The notes: a model not told the origin generated them from the sequence alone. DNA of 64,000 bases from Octopus vulgaris (GCA_951406725.2 OX597817.1:140616001-140680000); one strand, 5' to 3'; counted from the stretch's first letter, positions 14,196 through 26,608 are shown. Made by a program: numbers and translations.

Positions 14196-14377
14196 GTCTT
14201 CACACACACTCACACAAAAGTTTAAAGATGTATATCCATACATAGAGAAAAGATCTAGCTCTGATGAGCAAGCGGTATTACATAACCGTGTCATTATCTA
14301 ATTAATATCGTGTTTAATGCTCAGTGCAAAACCGATTGTCATTCTTATTTTTATTGTCCCTCTTCCTATTAGTTGTC

Positions 14378-14468
<91 letters not shown>

Positions 14469-14480
14469 AAAGGCGACTAA

Positions 14481-14694
14481 GGCGGCGAGCTGGCTGAATC
14501 GTTAGCACGCCGGGCGAAATGCTAGGCAGTATTTCGTCTACCGCTACGTTCTGAGTTCAAATTTCGCCGAGGTCGACTTTGCCTTTCATCATTTCGGCGT
14601 CGATTAAATAAGTACCAGTTAAGCACTGGCGTCGATATAATCGTCTTAAACCCCTTCCCCAAAAATTTGAGGCCTTGTGCTTCCAGTAGAAAAG

Positions 14695-14696
<2 letters not shown>
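14481..14696 (+). mobile_element. tRNA-derived SINE family A, tail type B, inserted in (TTA)n
   Basis: GGCGGCGAGCTGGC head, GTTCAAAT B-box, GCCTTTCATC..GTCGAT..AAGTACCAG core, CCTTGTGC..AGTAGAAAAG tail. Confidence 0.85.
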
Positions 14697-14758
<62 letters not shown>

Positions 14759-15014
14759 GTTTATGGCGCATGGCCTAGTGGATCGGCTGTCGCACTCGTG
14801 ATTGTGAGATCGTCGTTTCGATCCTTAGACACCTGATGCATAGAACACCGTTGAACTTGTTCGAACAACGTCCATTTTGATGGAGAGACTATACTAATGG
14901 ACAACACATGCATTTGATCACCGGAAACAAATCCTTTGAGCAGTTCGTTCGGTAGAAGAAGCTGAATACTCACACGTCATCTCCGATGGGAGAATCCATC
15001 CATATCTATTAATT

Positions 15015-15635
15015 TATTCTTTTCTAGTCGAGGTACAAAGCCCGAAATTTTGGGGAGGGAGCCAGTCGATTAGATCGACCCCAGTACGAAACTGATACTT
15101 AATTTATCAATCCCGAAAGGATGACAGGCAAAGTCGACTTCGACGGAATTTGAAATCAGAACGTAGCGGCAGACGAAATACCTATTTCTTTACTACCCAC
15201 AAGGGGCTAAACACAGAGAGGACAAGCAAGGACAGACAAACGGATTAAGTCGATTTTATCGACCCCAGTGCGTAACTGGTACTTATTTAATCAACCTCGA
15301 AAGGATTAAAGGCAAGGTCGACCTCGGCGGTATTTGAACTCAGAACGTAACGGCAGACGAAATACAGCTACGCATTTTGCCCGGCGTGCTAACGTTTCTG
15401 CCAGCTCGCCGCCTTCGGAATCTTTTCTAGTCTAGGCACAAGGCTCGAAATTTGGAGGGAGAGGACTAGTTGATTAGATCGACCCCAGTACGCAATTGAT
15501 AATTAATTTATCGATCCCGAAAAGATGAAAGGCAAAGTCGACCTCGGCGGAATTTGAATTCAGAACGTAAAGACAGACAAAACACCGCTAAGCAATTCAC
15601 ACGGCGTGCTTAACGTTTCTGCCACCTCGCCACCT
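15015..15635 (-). mobile_element. SINE family A cluster: head-to-tail dimer (15015-15415) plus monomer (15421-15635)
   Basis: Three copies of the GAAAGGATGAAAGGCAAAGTCGACCTCGGCGG-like core on the minus strand; internal junction near 15182. Confidence 0.9.
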
Positions 15636-15807
15636 GAATATATATATAATATTAGCTGGTAGATTCGTTAGATCACGGACTAAATGCTTAGTTCAAATTC
15701 CGGTTTTTATATTTTTCGCGGTCGATAAAGAAAATGCTAGAAATAAGTGATGATTGACAAAATGCGTTAGGAAGAAAAATAGCAGCGTTCAGAAAAAAAT
15801 CGTTATT

Positions 15808-16220
15808 CTCTCTTTTAACTCCTTTACTTGTTTCAGTCATTTGACTGCGGCCATGCTAGAGCACCACCTGCAGTCGAGCAAATCGACCCCAGGACTTATT
15901 CTTTGTAAGCCTAGTACTTATTCTATTGGGCTCCTTTCACCGAACCGCTAAGTTACGGAGATGTAAACACTTCAGCATCGGTTGTCAAGCGATGTTGGGG
16001 GGACAAACACAGACACGCAAACATATACACACATATACATATATATATACATATATACGACGGGCTTCTTTCAGTTTCCGTCTACAAAAATCCACTCACA
16101 AGGCTTTGGTCGGCCCGAGGCTATAGTAGAAGACACTTGCCCAAGGTACCACGCTGTGGGACTGAACCCAGAACCATGTGTCTCGTAAACAAGCAACTTA
16201 CCACACTTCCACTCCTACGT
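15808..16220 (-). mobile_element. SINE family B, near full length
   Basis: Reverse complement of the 31320-31735 copy. Confidence 0.9.
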
Positions 16221-16466
16221 TATTATATCATAATTTAGAATTAGAGAGAAAGATCGAGAGTACTGGGATCAAGTACTGGGAGAGAAAGATGGAGTACCGG
16301 GGGTTGTACCAAAATTTGAAATCAGTTTTGGAATCTCTGTGAATTCTTAAATTGTTAGACCTTGCGATTATATCATTTGCTACATACATAACATACTTCA
16401 TTGCTGTAATGCTTACCTTTCCGTTGAGTTTTGTCTGTCTCTATTAATTTAGTTCTTTGTTTTCAG

Positions 16467-16772
16467 GTGAGGTCGGCAAAGAGATGTACATCGTAAACAG
16501 AGGTCGGCTGCAAGTTGTGGCAGACAATGGCAAAACAGTTCTGGCCACTTTGAAGCCGGGTAGCTACTTCGGAGAGATAAGTATTCTTAACATGGGTACA
16601 GCTGGAAATCGACGTACAGCATCGGTGAGGTCTGTCGGTTATTCAGACTTGTTCTGTTTGTCAAAACAAGACTTGTGGGATGTTCTCAAAGAATACCCAG
16701 CGGCTCGGGTGAAACTGGAATCTATAGCAGTGAAGAGACTGGAGAAGTACAAGAAAGCACCACTGGAAAAAG
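16467..16772 (+). CDS. Internal exon of a cyclic nucleotide-gated (CNG) channel alpha-type subunit; cyclic nucleotide-binding domain and C-helix
   Basis: Acceptor tttgttttcag| at 16466 and donor AAAG|gtcagt at 16773. Translation (G)[101 protein letters not shown] has the FGEISIL and NRRTA phosphate-binding cassette of CNGA channels. 306 nt, phase 1 at both ends. Confidence 0.96.
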
Positions 16773-18964
16773 GTCAGTCTGGAATATTTATACGTGCATA
16801 GTAGACATACATACAAACACACACACATACACACACACACAACCACACACACACACATATACATAAAGCGAGAGAGAGAGAGAAGGTAAAAAGAAATGGA
16901 AAGAGAGAGAACATACACACACGCAGATATGTAAATATATAATGTGTAGATGTTTGCTTTTGTGAATGTCTGTTTATATCTCCATGTTCCCGAATATGGG
17001 TTCTTTCATTAACTTATACGTGCTACTTTCTTATCAATAATACGAAATACTTTCCTGAACATTTTCTTTCATTAACTATTTTGTTTTTAAAAAGGGACAA
17101 GCTCAAAAGATTATGTTTGATTATGCCACGCCATCCGTGCTTTATTCAACATTTTTCAACAAAATCAAAGAGACGTTTTAGATGTCAATAAAGTGAATTG
17201 TCGTTTGCGACAGAAGCAAGTATTATGTTTCAGACAATAATCCCTCTCTGACGGAAGATCATCGACCGAAACGTCAAGTTTTTAAAACTTATTGACCATG
17301 ATAAGGAATATTTACTGTTGTTGTCGACATAGAATCGCACCAGTTTCTCGTGTTGCAGACTTCATCATATTCTCAACAGACCTATATCCCATTATGTATC
17401 GTATCATTCTCATCTTATATATCGGTAGTTTCTGGGTTATAAAGCCACGAATTAAAAAGGGTGGAGGGCTCCACCCTTGTCAATCGACATGCTGGAAATC
17501 GCAGCTAAATCTCCATCTGAATACGCCCTACCTTTAAACAAAAAACGTGATTGTTGTGATTGTTTCCGATGTTGTTTTAGGTCACGGTCAGCTCTTCTCC
17601 ATTAGATGGACAAAGCTGTTGCTACCGTAATTATTCTTGCTCTTCCATTGTAAAGATAAGACAGTACGCCATAACCGTAGAGGGTGCCTCGAACACAATT
17701 GATCCCAAAGTAGGCTAACTTCTGACTAAATAACAACAGCAACAACAACAAATATATGTAAAACGAGTTGAAATTATTTTACACTCTTCAGCACCTGTCG
17801 CTGCCTTTTGGTGCGGCGGTTGTGGCGTGATCCAGCTGCTCGGGGGGTTTGTGGGTTAGCTGGTTTAAGGACGGGCATCCTGATAGTTGTTTTTTTTTAT
17901 GGGCATCGAGTGTCCCCACTAAGCTCGGCATCGATATGTGGTAGTGAGTAAGCTTACTAGGGGCAGGTTGTCTAATGAGGATCGATTCGGTCCAGGGTAC
18001 AAACGCGAGCTCTAGTGAGACGGCACTTGTGGGGAGTGGTCAGCTGGCAGCTTGTTCGGTAGATAAACTCTAACCTTATTTCCTATAGGCGCGGCCATGA
18101 ATGTGTGTTTAAGAAGCTCACTTTGCAACCACGGGATTTCCGGTTCAGTCTCACTGCGTGATCCTTAGGGCAAGAGTCTTCGACTAAAGCCCCCGATCGG
18201 ACAATGTTTTCTCAGTGAACTGATGACGATGGGCTCCAGTAGACAGTTAGGGCGAATGACGTCACTGATGCTATTGTGTTATGTTTGTCTGGATTAAGTG
18301 ATATTAGGATGGTGTCGGAATGTTGTGAGAGATTATAGATTATTAAAACGTTGCTGTTGTTAACCCAAGTTTAACTCCAATCGCTCTTTAATCAATCTCT
18401 AATCAAAAGTGTCGCCATCTTATTTTCGAAAATGTTATATATTTTTGTTTTATGTCATGTTTGGTGCGACAGGAAAGAGTTCTACGCCAGTATCCTTTGA
18501 AGGCCCTTCGAGAAATCGTGGGATGGACACGGTGGATGTCCTTTTTGTTGTGAGTTTCAGGAGAAACATGTGCAGGGGGTAGGGGATTCCGAAAGTTGAC
18601 GTCCTGGAGAAGGATGTAGGAAAATCCTTTCTCCAGAGACGCGCAGCTTGAAGAGTGGATACAAAATGTTGGTGGTAGTGGTGGTGACGGTGTTGATGAT
18701 GGTGATGGTAGTGGTAGTTTTGTTGTTGGTGGTGATAGTGGGGGTGATTGTGGTGATAGTAGTAGTAATAGCAGTAGTAGTAGTAGCAGTTGTTGTTGTC
18801 CCAGCAGTTGTTGTTGTAGAAGTAGTAGTAGTTTATCTTCTTTATAAGTTATTAAGGTCCCCAGGAAGCCCCCAAACTGAGGTTTCCTTCGTTTCTCCCC
18901 CGTCAGACTTCATCAACAAACAGCATCATATTCGATGGTTATTTCATGATTTAGATATTAGGGT

Positions 18965-19170
18965 CCTCCAGGCTGACCAAGGCCTTGTGAGTGGATTTGA
19001 TGGACGGAAGCTAAAAGAAGCCCATCATGTGTGTGTGAGTCTATTATCATGTTTATGTTTGTCCCCCACTGCTACTTGACAACTGGTGTTGGTGTGTTTA
19101 CATCCTCATAACTAGCAGTTTGGCAAAAGGGACCAAGAGAAAAAGTACCAGGCTTGAAAAAAAGAAATGC
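18965..19170 (+). mobile_element. SINE family B partial copy
   Basis: GCCTTGTGAGTGGATTTG..GACAACTGGTGTTGGTGTGTTTAC..AAGTACCAGGCTT. Confidence 0.75.
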
Positions 19171-19639
19171 GTACTGCGTCATCAAACACCATAGGGTCTA
19201 CTTTCAAATGCATTAGGGTCCAACACTAGCTAGCCTAGAGTCTAATCTTAAAGACTGTAGGGCCGAGCATCAAATACTACAAGGCTCAGTTTCAAATACT
19301 TTAGGGTTGAGCTTGTAATCAACAAGGCTACCATTACACAATCGCCCGACTTCCGAGAAGCAACAGTCACAATTCAAACTATTGTCTAAACATTAAACAA
19401 TGTAGTTTGATATCGAGTAAAATAAAAGGCATGGTCACGGCTGGAATGCTTTTAATCCTAGGTCTGTTCAGCAAGTCATCGTTTACTTCTTTATTGAATC
19501 CAGCCACTGGGTGGCGGTCTCGCTGGGGCACGTTTTAAAGATCTTTTTGTGAAATCCTGTATATTACAAACGCGATTATAACAGAATCAAAAATATAAAA
19601 TAATTGTAATATAGAAGACATAAAATCTGTTATTTTTTA

Positions 19640-19715
19640 TTTGCTTCTATTTATATATACATATTTATTTATATATACGTATTTATTTATATATACGTAT
19701 TTATTTATATATACG

Positions 19716-19788
<73 letters not shown>

Positions 19789-19789
19789 G

Positions 19790-19828
<39 letters not shown>

Positions 19829-19857
19829 ATATATATATTTATATATATATAAATATT

Positions 19858-19915
<58 letters not shown>
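19640..19915. repeat. (TA)n array with an 18-bp unit TATTTATTTATATATACG
   Basis: Direct inspection. Confidence 0.9.
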
Positions 19916-19918
<3 letters not shown>

Positions 19919-20467
19919 CACAAAACACACACACCCGCGCGCGCACACATACAGACATATATATATATATACATGCAGCATGTATATGTGATATTTGGCT
20001 TTTGTATAAGTATTGGCCTTGCTATGCAGAAGCCACAAGTGAGCTGGCGGAATACTTACCTGTGATTACAACATTTACAGCAACAATAACAAACAGCAAC
20101 GAACATTGTAAATAATGGCAACAATAGACAGAAAATGCGCAGCTTCACAACACCAACAATAATAATAACAACAACAACAACGAGCGAGCGAGACAATAGA
20201 CAGGCCACAGCAATAAAAGGCGAAACATGATTAAGTATGAAGAAACTTATTGATCTCTGATAGGGATACGACAGACAAACAATGCAATTACCATGGTAAC
20301 GAGATCAAATAAGAAATAGAAAAGATCAATCATAAGAAGATCGAAAATAACAACATCAATAGCAACAAGAGCAACAATAATATGTTTAATCGTGTCTAGT
20401 GACTTTATATGAAGAGGCTTGCTTTCAATAGCTTCCTCAAGCACATACACATATATACGCTTATAGA

Positions 20468-20700
20468 TATGTTTCTTACTACCTACGAGGGGCTACACAT
20501 AGAGGGGGCAAACAAGGACAGACAAACGAATTAATTCGATTATATTGACCCCAGTGCGAAACTGGTACTTAATTTATCGACCCCGAAAGGATGAAAGGCA
20601 AAGTCGACCTCGGCAGAATTTGAACTCAGAACGTAACGGCAGACGAAATACCGCTAAGCATTTCGCCCGACGTGTAAACGTTTCTGCCAGCTCGCCGCCT
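20468..20700 (-). mobile_element. SINE family A monomer, tail type A
   Basis: Full head ending ..GCCAGCTCGCCGCC at 20700, core and tail A. Confidence 0.9.
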
Positions 20701-20869
20701 TTGATAAAGAGTTAAATTATAATCGTTATATGCCTGCCATATTTCCTGGTATTATCCATTGTGGCAAAAGCATATTTCCAAAGCCAACCCACATAACTCA
20801 ATCCTTTTGCGAAGCAGCTCGCGTATCTGGGAGAGTACTGGTGCCACAAATTCGAAAGCTGGGTTAAAT

Positions 20870-21200
20870 TCAAGCCAAAGTTATTTGACTTACTAACAAA
20901 TATTCTCTCCCCAACATACTTCAATCTCTTCCTCACACTTCTGCTGTGTCTTCTGTCAGTCTCTTCTACCAATACAACAATGCGCTTTGTCCCTCTATAA
21001 TAGGGAATTGTGAACCACAATCCTCCTCCCCTCTCCCAACAGCTATTTTGTCGTCTTCCCATCACCCTTACTGTGTCTCAACTCTCACATTTCCTTATCA
21101 AGCATTTCACCCATTCATTCCTCCTCTGAACAGTTGCTCCTCTGAGGAATACCCTCTTGGTTCACTTCCATATAAATGTTCACCGCGAACATTAGCCACA
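20870..21200 (+). mobile_element. Decayed 3' end of a Jockey/CR1-group LINE
   Basis: SLPHTSAVSSVSLFYQYNN...SSHHPYCV...FIP resembles the C-terminal L..RR.V..L.LFY.Y...H...V...SFIP motif. Confidence 0.5.
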
Positions 21201-22444
21201 TCAATTTCAGCAGCCTGGGATGGACTGGAAAGCTCAGCGTCCCTCTTTCCTCCACCTCCTCCTCATGCCACTTCATTAAAACAGAAACTATTACACATTT
21301 TTTTCTGTCAAACAGACACAGAAACACATAGAAGAGCCTTTACACGCAGAGACGTTTATTAGTAAGCTGCTGAGGGACAAAACGCACTTTCGATTTCTCT
21401 TTACAGTTTTAACATGACTGAGTTGATAATATTGTTAGCAAAGACTGACACGATTACAGCAACCGTTTTACTTTTGTCTGAAGCGTATTTGGTTAATTAC
21501 CACACAGCGATGCGTAATGATAACTGTAGCTAATCAAAGCAAGGATGCTGACATTTGCAGTTGATGCTTGATTCTATCTCACCTTCATGCGTCCGTATAG
21601 GTGTGTGTGTGTCTGTAAGTCCGTGTCTGTGTTTGCGTCTTTCTATGATTCCAAATAGCTTTATTACGACAAACTTTGTTTAACAGAAAGATGTAAGGAA
21701 TGAACATAACACATTGGCTTGTAATGGTTCCAGTCAGTCTTCATTTAATATATGGAGGGCAGCAAGTCAATCTATTCTTCTTCGATTTGTTTCTCAGAAG
21801 AGGACCTGATATGGATCGCCAATGCAAGTCAGTCACCGATTTGTGAACAATAGAGATAGCTGTCTTCTTTAATGTGATGATTCAAACCTCTAGAAAGGCT
21901 TGTTCAGAATTATGTAAACTGTAATTCACAATTAGCTTTACCAACCAATCCCCGGCCATCTACGACCAATCATGAAAGGAATGGCTCAGCTTAACTTGAA
22001 ATATTATCGAATTTGATGAAGAACAGATAAACTTCGCAAAAATCCCAATGTAGGAAATTTTAATTAAAAGAAAGGCGATTTGATTGAGGAAGATCGAATT
22101 CCTGACAAATTGACAGTTATTTTGGTTATTTTCAGTACCGAGATGGAATATTTGCCAAATTGGTGTAACGCATGGCAATTCTTTATCGTTTATTGAAATT
22201 ATTAAAAGCAAATTCCCCGAAGCGCACTCTAAGGAAGAACACATCGGACACTGTGGTCCTTGATATGCCAAAAGAAGGGATGGTTATAACAGAAATGACT
22301 ATCAACTCCAGTGTTCAACTGGTATACATTTTTTTTCGACCCCAAGACGATTTTCGACCCCGAGACGATTAAAGGTGAAGTCGACCACACGGTCCAAATG
22401 CCGCTAAAATAGTAGATCAAATATTCTTCTCTACTCTAGGCACA

Positions 22445-23257
22445 AGGCCCGAAATTTTTGGAGTGGGGAGGGCATTCGATTAGATCGATCCCAGTACGCA
22501 ACCGGTACTTAATTTACCGTCCCCGAAAGGATGAAAAGTAAAGTCCACCTCAGTGGGATTTAAACTCAGAACATAGAGACGAAATACTGTTAAGCATTTC
22601 GCCCGGCGTGCTCACGTTTTTGTCAGCTCGCCGCCTTTATTAGATAACATATTTATTTCTTTATTGCTCACAAGGGGCTAAACATAGAGGGAACAAACAA
22701 GGACAGACAAACGGATTAAGTCGATTACATCGATCCCAGTGCGTAACTGGTACTAATTTAATCGACCCCGAAAGGATAAAAGGCAAAGTCGACCTCGGCG
22801 GAATTTGAACTCAGAACGTAACGGCAGACGAAATACCTATTTCTTTACTACCCACAAGGAGATAAACACAGAGAGGACAAACAAGGACAGACAAATGGAT
22901 TAAGTCGATTATATCGATCCCAGTGCGTTACTGGTACTTAATTTATCGACCCCGAAAGGATGAAAGGCAAAGTCGACCTCGGCGGAATTTGAACTCAGAA
23001 CGTAACGACAGACGAAATACTGCTAAGCATTTAGTAGATAAAATATTCTTGTCTACTCTAGGCACAAGGCCCGAAATTTTGGGGAGGTGGCCAGTCGATT
23101 AGATCGTCACCAGTACGCAAGCGGTATTTTATCCAACCCGAAAGGATGAAAGGCAAATTCGACCCCGGCGGAATTTGAACTCAGAACGTGAGGACGAGCG
23201 AAATGCCGCTAAACATTTCGTCCGGCGTGCCGACGTTTCTGCCTGCTCGCCGCCTTT
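22445..23257 (-). mobile_element. SINE family A stack: monomer, dimer and monomer in the same orientation
   Basis: Four cores, separated by TAGATAA(A)ATATT-like motifs; dimer junction near 22837. Confidence 0.9.
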
Positions 23258-23384
23258 ACTAGATAAAATATTACTACTCGTTATTTGGTGTGGCCAGACA
23301 AGATTCGATCTGTGGATTGAAAATAACTAGCCATCAATAATAGGAATAATTCTATATTTCAGCGCCTTCTCACATTTTACTTTG

Positions 23385-23425
<41 letters not shown>

Positions 23426-23491
23426 CACACACACCCTCTCTCTCTCACTCATTCTCCCTCTCCACCTCACTCTGCATATTTTCATATACTT

Positions 23492-23524
<33 letters not shown>

Positions 23525-23595
23525 CACGCATGCCTATATGTACATACACATGGCCGTAATGAACTGATACTTGGACATCCTTGTTTAATCATTTG

Positions 23596-23650
<55 letters not shown>

Positions 23651-23656
<6 letters not shown>

Positions 23657-23831
23657 CTTTTATTTCTTTCATTCTTTGGGCTGCAGCCAAGCTGGGGCAA
23701 CGTCTATCAGAATCTTTAGTCGAATGAATCGAGCCCAGTACTTATCATTTTAAGCCTGGTACTTATTTTATCGGTGTCTTTCGCCGAACCGCTAGATTAT
23801 GGAGACGTTAACACACCACCAATGGTCGTCA

Positions 23832-23864
<33 letters not shown>

Positions 23865-24099
23865 GTGTGTGTGTGGGTGTGTGGGTGTGTGTATGTTGGT
23901 GTCCATTTGTTCCACACCACCGCTTGACGACCAGTGGTGGTGTGTTAACGTCTCCATAAGCTAGCGGTTCGGCGAAATACACCGATAAAATAAGTACCAG
24001 GCTTAAAATGTTAAGTACTGGGCTCGATTCATTCGACTAAAGATTCTGATAGACGTTGCCCCAGCTTGGCTGCAGCCCAAAGAATGAAAGAAATAAATG

Positions 24100-24105
<6 letters not shown>
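23651..24105. repeat. Inverted duplication (about 180-bp arms) of a SINE B 3' half
   Basis: 23651-23831 is the reverse complement of 23925-24105 with about 5 mismatches; (TA)n on both outer flanks. Confidence 0.92.
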
Positions 24106-24148
<43 letters not shown>

Positions 24149-24203
24149 ATGTATATATATGTACATATATGTATATATATATATGTATATGTATATGTAT
24201 GTA

Positions 24204-24257
<54 letters not shown>

Positions 24258-24442
24258 CAGTTTCCGTCTAACAAATAACACTCACAAAGCTTTAGTTGAC
24301 CTGATGTTATTGTAGAATACACTTGCCTAAAGTGTCACGCGATGAGACCGAATCCGAGGGAGGCAAAGTTCTTGCCACACAGCCACGCCTCTCTTTCCCT
24401 CTCACTCTCTTTCTCACTCTCTCTCTCTCTATATATATATAC

Positions 24443-24490
<48 letters not shown>

Positions 24491-25692
24491 GTTTGTGTAT
24501 CACTGATTTCCTTCGTCTAGTGCCTTTCATCTTCTCGGGATCGATAAAATAAGTCCAGGGGTCGATAAATTCCTTATATCATTGCCTTGTTTATGGAATC
24601 GTTTACAAACTTATCGACTCCCCACTCCGCCATCATGTAAATTTTCAAAATTAAAATTAAAACGTATATTTGATTTGTAAAAAATAGCATTCTTATCTTA
24701 AAAACAATTATTCCTTTGTTTTGGTTGGAGATTCCTCGGTGGATATATACGTTGTTGAATAGAATAATTCTTCAGTCATTATAAAATCCGGTTAATTTCT
24801 ATAGAATGTTTTATTATATTAAATAAATAAATAGCTAATTAATTATAGCGATGTAAGCTATATAAGATTCTCTTAAGTGTTACGTGCTTTTCATTCTTTA
24901 GTTATCTATTAAGCATAACGTAGAATTCTTGTCTGCAGTTTTTGTTCTTTAGATATCCAGTGACGTCATCAAATTTAGTAGATGAATATACTCGTTTGCT
25001 ACGTTAGGTTTTTTTTTTAATGTAGATTTTTGGTATTTTTTATATTTCATTTTATAAACTAAATTAGTTGTTCAATGACGCCGCTCTTGGTTGAATGAAT
25101 GAATGATGATGTCTTGCAAACAACTTGCACATGCAGTTGTTTGCAGTGCTACCAGTCAAAAACTCCGCATACCGGAAGCCAGCAAGTGTATGGAGTCATC
25201 AGGAGAAAATGCGCGCCGTTTCGGGGCCTACCTCTCGACGGCATCAATGCGCACCGGCTCCCCTCACTGATATGAGGCCCCACTTGCTAGATCAGCTGGT
25301 TATTAAATACAGCTCAATATTTCTCTAGCCATCGCTCATCGTCTCTTTTTAACCAAATCCAGTGGCTGGCCTTTTCCACTGTAATTTGGATATCGGTCAT
25401 GGTGATATTGACTTTATGATGAGTTAGGCCTAACGATAACAACAGTCGTCTCACACTGTGTCCAACGAACCCTCTACATCCGACTTCGATTGGAAAATGT
25501 TCTGCTTTCCAGGCTGCGTCTTCATATTCCTCGAGGGGTTTACATAAGTTAAATTTGTCTTAGCGTTTCTTTCTGTTAGCGTTTTATTATAAGAGCTGAA
25601 ATTTTTTCAGACGATCAGTTAGAAATTCGCCAATTTGGATTTCCTTGATAATGTGTTCACATAAATTTTCGTATATTATAAATTTCAATAAT

Positions 25693-25748
<56 letters not shown>

Positions 25749-25865
25749 CGTGCGTGTGTGTGTTGTGTTAATGCAATTGAAGCAATTATTGGCTTTTTAA
25801 GGTGCGATCTCAGGTAAGGATGGGATTTTCTTTGTACATATTACTGATTATTATATATATATATA

Positions 25866-26240
25866 CTAGCACTATGACCCGGGTCATAGTGCTAGTGCAT
25901 GCATATACGCCGGGTCATAGTGCTAGTGCATGCATATACAGCTGCGTGCAAGCGCACATACACACGAGTACTGTCGAAATCTCCGACCAATCACATACAG
26001 TTAGCTGGCATTCAATTGGCGTATCAAGTTTTGGATAGTAAATTCACAAAAATGTCACTTCTATTGATATTTTAATGGCTTTGCGGGATGATTGGGGAAA
26101 TGTAAAGATGTGCACGACCACCCTTGGACAGTTTTAAATGACCAGAGAAAGTGTGAGCCCTCTAACTGAAAAATTGTGGATTTGTATAAAGGACACGCAC
26201 ACAGACAGACATTTTGCCGTTTATATATATATATATATAA
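25866..26240 (-). mobile_element. Non-autonomous Helitron-like element with palindromic 3' end
   Basis: CTAG terminus at 25866-25869 inside a 32-bp palindrome; other end ACAGACAGACA..TTTATATATA as in the 38417 element. Confidence 0.55.
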
Positions 26241-26608
26241 TGTGTGTGTGTGTGTGTGTGTACGACGAGCTTCTATACAGCTTCAGTCTACCAAATCCAC
26301 TCACAAGGCTTTGGTTGTCCCAGGGCTATAGTAAGAATACACTTGCCCAATGTGCCACACACTTATATTGAACGTAAAATCAGATGGTTGCAAAGCGACC
26401 ACACACCCATCAGAATGACCCTCATGTAATTTGGAGAGAAGCACTGATTGGATGACCTTCATCTAAGGCATTTTACTCTGATGCTGTGTAGCGTTTATGT
26501 TAAAGCATCGCCCTTAAACCAATTTAATCATATAGCTTTATCATTATTACTGCCGAATGAATTAACCTACAAAATGTTTTATGTTTTATCATCATTATCA
26601 TTAAGATT

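Noticed and set aside
14261-14300. CTGATGAG hammerhead half-core
   Set aside because: No downstream GAAA..UH or stem I.
19190-19335. TAGGG..TCAAAT units at ~22-bp period (telomere- or CRISPR-like)
   Set aside because: Degenerate minisatellite; not a TTAGGG array and no unique spacers.
21700-22320. Possible very old Penelope RT remnant on the minus strand; similar faint LINE traces at 32740-33540 and 60900-61830
   Set aside because: Too degenerate to support by eye; needs a profile-HMM search.
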